Shown here: positions 60,851 to 64,000 of the stretch, one piece after another | Numbering within the stretch: position 1 is the stretch's first letter | Layout of the letters: every line of letters starts with the position of its first letter | From: Macrostomum lignano | Taxonomy: Eukaryota | Direction of reading: 5' to 3' | Assembly: GCA_002269645.1 (NCBI GenBank) | Contig: NIVC01003640.1 | Coordinates: forward strand, 1 to 64,000 | Length of the DNA: 64,000 bases | Translations under genes and position numbers: made by a program | Notes under the pieces: model-generated | Databases searched by the model: none | What the model saw: the letters and a program-made list of their open reading frames with translations, nothing else | What the model was told of the DNA's origin: nothing

Positions 60851-62249
60851 GGCAGCGGTAGCAGCAGTAACAGCCAAAAGAAATGATCCTGGACTGGCGG
60901 GAAGACCTGGCGGCTTTATTATTTATGCCTGGATAGCCAAGTGTTTCATCTGACCGAAATCTAAAATCTTTTGTAGATCTGGTGGCAGCGACAGTCTTTT
61001 TTATTTATGGTCTCGGCAAAGCTACTTTGCTAAGCCGATTTTATGAGAGTGAAAAACCTAAAGAGAAAAGGGCTTTATAAACATTGCATGTTTTTGAACG
61101 CTGCCGCAGCTGTTGGTCGACAAGCTGGTCTCTCTGTGGGGGCCGAATTTCATCTGCATAAAAAATTGCTACGCCTGCTCCGCGGAAAGAAGTTGGGGAA
61201 AGGCAGCGAGAGACAGAGATGAAGAGACAGAGAGTACATGCATGTCCCCGGTGAGAGAGTATTATGCCGCACTACTGTATAGTTTTTTTCGACCGCACTT
61301 TTTTCTGTTTATTTGCTGGTAGACTCTGCCCAGAGTCTGATAGAATGTAATTACAGAGGGGGGAGAAACCAGTTAGAGGTCAAAGTAGTTATCGATGTAG
61401 CATCTAGCGGACTTTGTGACTGCATGCAGGCCACTGGTGATGGCAGGGCATTGTGCAGCAAAGTCAGTTAGTGAACGGAGAACGGCCGTCATTGCAGTGC
61501 AGATTGAGAGGTGGAAGGCGGATGGGGACGGGGAGAAGGCGGGGTGTGCGGAAGCAGAAAGAGGGAATGGAGAGGGGAGCACGATGCAGAGGGAAAGGAG
61601 TACAGAATCCCCGGCTGAGGATCTGCAGTTTTGCGCTACTGAACACTGAAAAATGCTCTTTGGAATGCTTTAAGTGCATGCATCCGTTCAGCCAACCAGA
61701 ATTCAAGCTTTAAACTCCCTGCAGCCTCGCAAAGTGCACTTCTCTCACAGATGGATTCTCACTAACTCTAGCCAAGCCAATACAGCCTTTCTCAACATCT
61801 GAGATGAGTTTACGTTACTCTACTGCAAGTAGTCAAGTAGGTTCGAAATTTATTGCGAGAGTTGTTTTTAAACATGGCGCGGACTAGTTTTAGGACTGCT
61901 GTCTCAAAGTAAATCTCATCGATTCTCCGACAATATTGCAAGCATGTTACTCGCCGTGTATCAGCTTGGTCAGTCACCAACGTCAACGTTAACAGGCAAT
62001 CAGTTTTGTTGAATTCTCTCGGCAAAGTGAACGTGGTACATGGTGTTGTCAAGATCACACTGCTGGTCTGATCTGAGGATCTGCACGGCGGTGATGGCTG
62101 TGGCCAGCAGTGATGCCCGTTATGGATGGGCTGCCTGGGTTGAAACGCGATTGAAACGCTCTACATTTGTCCGCCGTCACTGTCTATGGTAAAAGTGAAT
62201 CTGCTCAAGACTGATTTAAACACGCCGGAAGGAGCCAAACGAGACAAAG

Positions 62250-63293
62250 TCAGTTGCGAAAAGCAGGCAGCGGCCGAGAAAGCGGATCCCAACCCCAATG
62301 ATGGGGAAGGGAAGGAGTACAAGCGGGAAGGCAGTCAGGTGGACGCAGCCTGCAGCTGCGAAGCCATGAGAGAAACAGAGCGCTGGCGCCGCAGGACAGG
62401 GCAGAGCTGGCAGAAAAGTAGCGGAGAACAGCGTCCGATCTACAGCCCCCAAGAGCCCGAACGTCCGATTCTGACAAGCCGATTTGATGGCAGAAGCTGG
62501 CACCCCCACGCCGGATGCTGTGGCCGGAGAAACCGGCAGCTGGAAGGCCGCACGCAGCCAGACACGCACGAAGACAGCTGATGAACTGGCTGGCTGAGAG
62601 CTCGCCTCCGAGGCCGTAGCCAAAGAGTGGCGCCCTTGGGTCGCTGGCTGGTGACAGGTGCAGGTGAGACAGTAGAGCGCGCACAGGGCAGAGCGGTGAC
62701 TCTTGAACAGGTGGCAGAAGAACGACATGCGGCGTCGACCCGAACTGGTTGGTCTTGGACTTAGGGAGGGCCAACTTCCAGCAGCCAGATGAAGCCGACA
62801 GGCAGGCCCGTGAGACAGATCGGCTGCCGCGGGTCGATAGGAAGTCGCCAAGGCGCAACATGCCCCACCAGCCCACCAGAAGAGCCGACCAGAAGGCGGC
62901 CCTGAGATCTGCGCTTGAGATGGAGCGCGGGAGCTGCTGATGGATGCTCTTGAGGTGCTCGATGGTCAGCGGCTTCGCCTGTTTGCATCGCAGGCCCAGA
63001 TGACGTTTGGCGCCGCGGAGGGCCAGCTGCACGGTGAAGTCTTTCGCTGGGTCAGGGGCGCCGGTGGCTTGGTGCAGAAAAGAGACGGCATGGATCTAGG
63101 ATCGGAGGCTAGAGAAAGACCGGAGCCGGGTGCTCACCAGGTGCGCAATGTAGCGGCAGAGCAGGTCACCGTCAGCTGGAGATGAGGGGCGGCCTGCGCT
63201 AACACAGAAGGCTTCCCAGGAGCGAAGCTGGCTGAGGTAGGATCGCCAGGAGTTCTCCGCCAGGCCGAGGCGGCACAGGTGTCCGGCGGACAC
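62250..63293 (-). pseudogene. Tyrosine recombinase ORF of a DIRS-order retrotransposon, interrupted by a stop
   Basis: LAENSWRSYLSQLRSWEAFC, then in-frame TAG at 63098-63096, then MLRLGD (Arg), LPKSKTNQFG, FSGHSIRRGGAS (HxxR) and RSDAVLRYF (Tyr). N-terminal extent uncertain. Confidence 0.88.
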
Positions 63294-64000
63294 AGCGTGA
63301 GGGGCGGGCGGCGTCTCCGAAGGGCGAGGGCGACCTGCAAAAGGAGGCGAGATTGGGAAGCGGCAGAGAGCGCGTGCGACGCGAACTCAAGCGGGCAGAT
63401 CACAAGCGTACGGTAGTAGCGGCAACAAAAGTTAATGAGCTCAGACTGCGAGGCAAACATGCGGGAGGCGGCATCAGCAAAAATCTGCATGCGACCAGGA
63501 AGGTGAAAGGCCTCCAAACTGATGCTGTTCCTGATGCACAGCAGAGCCACAGTCTGGTACACCTGCAGGAACCGCGGGTCACGACAGCTCAGCCGATTGA
63601 TCATGCCAGCCGCAGCGGTGCTGTCGGTGTAGATGACAATCTTGCAGTTCTTTAGCTGAGAGCGACGGTGCAGGATGATCAGCAAAGGTGCCAGAGCCTC
63701 CTTGAAGTTGATATGAACATTCTTGAACACACCACCGCAGTCCAGCTCCCAGTCGATGACACTCCAGAAACTCTCGGCACCCCAGATGACTGCGGCTGCG
63801 CCCGACCGGCTGCTGTCAGTCTCCATGGCAAACTCCTCATCAAAGCGCGGCCACAAAGACACCGGGGGGAGCCGAGCCAGGGCTCTGAGCCACCAGGACA
63901 GGTTGGCGCGGGTCTCATCGGTCACCCAAAGCTTGCAGTCAACAGCAGTTGTCAGCCAGTCGAAGAGCGGACGCAGGAAGACTCTGACATGAGGGACAAT
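63134..64000 (-). CDS. RT-connection/RNase H ORF of the same element (5-prime part outside the window)
   Basis: Open frame from the edge: IVPHVRVFLRPLF..NLSWWL, ETDSS, HINFKEALA, YTDSTAA, HLPGRMQIFADAASR. Overlaps the recombinase ORF in another frame. Confidence 0.88.
   Translation of the reverse strand: MVPHVRVFLRPLFDWLTTAVDCKLWVTDETRANLSWWLRALARLPPVSLWPRFDEEFAMETDSSRSGAAAVIWGAESFWSVIDWELDCGGVFKNVHINFKEALAPLLIILHRRSQLKNCKIVIYTDSTAAAGMINRLSCRDPRFLQVYQTVALLCIRNSISLEAFHLPGRMQIFADAASRMFASQSELINFCCRYYRTLVICPLEFASHALSAASQSRLLLQVALALRRRRPPLTLCPPDTCAASAWRRTPGDPTSASFAPGKPSVLAQAAPHLQLTVTCSAATLRTW

Larger units (their letters stand above)
62050..64000 (-). mobile_element. DIRS-order (tyrosine-recombinase) retrotransposon, partial, possibly Ngaro-like
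   Basis: Overlapping RNase H and YR ORFs; no methyltransferase domain seen after RNase H. Terminal repeats not resolved, so the left boundary is approximate. Confidence 0.8.

Overview
This is eukaryotic, animal DNA, not prokaryotic: GC-rich exons with GT-AG introns, minisatellite-filled introns and AT-rich spacers. The organisation resembles the flatworm Macrostomum lignano (inference from sequence style only). Hand-splicing gave nine genes: an ankyrin-repeat protein with an unrecognised N-terminal domain (-), a membrane-anchored CREB3-family bZIP (-), CutC (+), a secreted PAN/apple-like plus fibrinogen-C protein (-), a full-length ZAK-alpha-type MAP3K (-), IFT46 (+), a galanin/allatostatin-A-like GPCR (-), an FKBP11-like PPIase (-) and an intronless SLC22-like transporter (-). 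Mobile DNA comprises a decayed DIRS-order tyrosine-recombinase retrotransposon cut by the right edge, two SINE families (two copies each, one with a CORE/MIR-like domain) and hAT-type non-autonomous elements with 8-bp TSDs. About 28 tandem arrays are present. The most interesting signals are one-directional C>T/G>A decay of repeat copies in AT-rich islands (including RIP-like TpG>TpA changes), intron minisatellites whose first unit is the splice donor, a TGAC core shared by many unrelated arrays, and a composite hAT element carrying captured DNA. Exon coordinates and counts were read by eye and array boundaries are approximate. No CRISPR, rRNA or true tRNA gene was found.
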